64,000 bases of DNA from Chiloscyllium plagiosum (lineage: Eukaryota). The stretch lies in NCBI RefSeq assembly GCF_004010195.1, contig NC_057721.1, positions 22,378,315-22,442,314 on the forward strand, given 5' to 3'. The position numbers and the translations under genes were made by a program. Below are positions 61,198 to 64,000 of this stretch, in pieces (the stretch's first letter is position 1; every line of letters starts with the position of its first letter). The notes beneath the pieces are model-generated. The model searched no databases. It saw only the letters and a list, made by a program, of their open reading frames with translations, and was not told the origin of the DNA.

Positions 61198-63639
61198 AAT
61201 GTTTCCTTAAAATTTCCTCCAGTTTTCCTATTGTTGTCGACTTGTAGTTTACCATAGATGTGGCTAGCATCTTTACTCCAGTCATCTTCAGTCAATACAT
61301 TCCTGGAATGCATACTTTTAAACTCTGGAATATTGCTCATAAGAATTTATTCTTTCTTCTCATCTTGGCTATCCCAGAAAGCCAACCCACAGTGTAAAGC
61401 CAACTTCAGTTATGAAGCATTTTACCATTTTAGACAGCACAAAGAATTTTACCTGAACCCTGCTGAAAGATAAGATCACTGTGGCCAGCTTATTCTGCCT
61501 TTTTTTGAAAGAGAAGTCAAGGGAAAAACTGAAATTGCAAGTGGGGTTGATAACATTTTTTGGTTCAGGTGAAATCAGGAAACAGCTCAGATACAATGAT
61601 TAATATATTGGGAAAATGGATGAGGGAGGGAGCCAAGTAGGACTGGAATGAAACTGTCCCACACAGCTCACAAAAAACATCATAGCTCAGACACATGTTG
61701 TCAGACCTCAATTTTACATATTTATTTTTGGATTTCCAGCATTTGCATATTTTGTTTTTGTTTGATATAGCTAGGAATTGTATGTGCTCACTTAGCAAAC
61801 CTTCAATTTAGAGAAAGTGATTGGAATTCAAGGGAAGTTGTTCATTACAACAATATATTGAGTTAAATAGTTAAGGGAAGTGCTGTATGGAATCTGGTTG
61901 AGCCTCAATTTAAGAAAGAAGCAAAGAGTCCGGAGGCCATCCTTTAGTAGGATGAAGGTGTGAAGATTATGGATATTTATGGTGTAGAGAACATTCTTGG
62001 GGTAAGAAAAGCAGAAACTATTCAAATGATTGAATGTATTGGAAGAGTGATGTCAGTGGGAGGAGACTGGACAAAGGGAGAAAATGTAGAATTGAGAAAG
62101 GAATTAGTTGGTTCCATTCAGCGAGCTGAGCTGAAATGATTATCTTTGTGAATCTTGGGTTAGATGTGAAAATGGAGTTGTGTGAGTTTCAGTATCAAAG
62201 AGAGAATTGAAAATATAGGAATTGAAGCCCCGAGAGGGAAGATCTTCAGTGCCGATATAGTCAATGCCTTGGAAATGATTGTGAGGAGAAGAACGGAACT
62301 GAACAAATAAAAAACAACAGCAGTCAGAGCTCCACAAAAACCAATGGCAGCGCATTGCTAAAAAGTGCAATTGAGGCAATACCAGAACAACAGTAGAAGA
62401 ACAACCATTGAAAATGCTTCAAACAGTAGCAGCAACATAAAGAAGAGTGCCATAAGGAACAAGTTATAAAGGTAATTATTGCAGAATTAATGGGATTGCA
62501 ACAAATTATTCATTAGGGAACAATGCAAAATAAATTTGCTGGGCCCCCGCACCCTGCAGTATATCTAACTATCTTATCCCAACCTTTACATTGAGAATGT
62601 CAACTTTGATGTTTCTACAAACTGAGGAGCAAACTATTCGTCGTGATCTCCAGCCATGGAACAAGATTTTGATGTTCACTCTCCAGCCTTATTTCTTTGG
62701 TGAGTGGCACACACCATTCGAGCACCCAAAGTAACTTTGCTCTGTACAGATTTGGTCTGGCTGCAATGGTGGCAGTGGTCTGGGGTGAAGGTCAGGGCTG
62801 GTTAAGAATAAGATTTAAACATTTTTCCTGCTTTTTTCCCCACTTTAAGTGTCCCTGTCTCTTTTCACTATTCTTTTGTGTGACTCACATTGTTTCTGAG
62901 TGTCTTCTTACGATTTCTCAGATTGCTTGACTCTTTTCCAGGATCCTCTCTCTCTTTCTCAACAAAAGTAGACTGCCATAACCTTTCAAATAAAACCACA
63001 GCCTGCTGTGATTTGTACATATGCCATGGCAACAGCTGGGAGTATTGCTGCAAAGATTTCTTTTTGAAGGTGTGCACTTACCACCACAAAATGATCTCAT
63101 TTCTGGATATATTCCTTCATAGTCACATTGAAGCATTTGCCATGAACTGAATCATCAGAGAGTTTTTTTGTCTTTTTTCTTGTGAACTAGAAACTACTGT
63201 CAAATAAGAAGTCTAAGAACATCGAAAATCTGAATTGATACTATCTGTCTTCCTGTCATCTATTGTAGAACTGTCCTTGCTCTTAAAAAAAACACTTTTC
63301 TTGCCTAGAGTTTTGTTTTGAGCTATTAAACATTGAAACATTTAGACCATTTCATTTGACAGCAATCACTAATCACAACCTCTCTGCTCTGTTATGGAAC
63401 GACTCCTGAATTTGACTGTATTTTAGACATTACCTATTTGATATAATTAAATCTTTATAAAGTAACCAGAAAGCCCCATTCAGGAAAATTACTTAAATCT
63501 CCCCCAAAACATAGCATCTCTCTAACTTATTCTCTCTCCATATATTTGGTTCTTGTTTATTTTCCTCCATTCCTTCAAAGATAGTACACACTAATCTTTT
63601 TCGAAATATATGTTATATTTGTGTTTTAAAAGATAATTT

Positions 63640-63900
63640 TACACAGCTTGAAATTCAGCACAGGTGAGAACCAGGCCAGGGGATCTTCCTTAAATTGCCT
63701 CTAAACCTTCTGCCTTTCACTTTAAAAATTATGACTTTTGGTATTGACCTTTCAACTAATGGAAACAGCAAGTTTGTATTCACTATATCCATGGCCCTTC
63801 AAAATCTTATTCACCTCAATCAGGTATCCTCTCAACCTCCTCTTCTCCAAACAACACAACCCAAAATTATCCAGCCTCCCTTCATAGCTGAAATTGTAAT
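63640..63900 (-). mobile_element. Degraded CR1 3' fragment
   Basis: cctctaaaccttctgcctttcactttaaaa...ccatggcccttcaaaatcttattcacctcaatcagg resembles reverse CR1 3' sequence. Confidence 0.6.
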
Positions 63901-64000
63901 TCGTGTATAACTGTCTTTCTGGTACAGATTGAGAGTGGGAAAGTAAGGTGAAATGTCACAATTAATAGTTTACTTACTGATTTGATTGAAAATCCTGTAT

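Noticed and set aside
1-64000. Prokaryotic or viral systems (operons, defence islands, endogenous viral genes)
   Set aside because: There are no long ORFs or gene-dense regions; the content is explained by vertebrate introns, exons and transposable elements.

Overview
Eukaryotic, repeat-rich genomic DNA, almost certainly from a cartilaginous fish (shark), judged by HE1/V-SINEs, a DeuSINE and abundant CR1 LINEs. The window lies inside one large plus-strand gene. Six GT-AG exons (8573-8748, 17139-17246, 37056-37167, 39186-39290, 42870-43026, 46412-46507) splice in phase into about 251 codons that I recognise from memory as the C-terminal half of CFAP47. The introns hold CR1, L2, Rex1/Babar and Penelope-like (PLE) retroelements, SINEs, solo LTRs, Tigger-like MITEs and a decayed Gypsy gag-protease. 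The most notable signal is a dispersed set of short, TSD-flanked, mostly palindromic PLE terminal-repeat inserts carrying minimal hammerhead-ribozyme cores from at least three sequence families with covarying stem II. There are also two local rearrangements: a near-identical duplication with a microhomology deletion, and a 49-bp inverted templated insertion. All family assignments come from motif recognition; no database searches were run.
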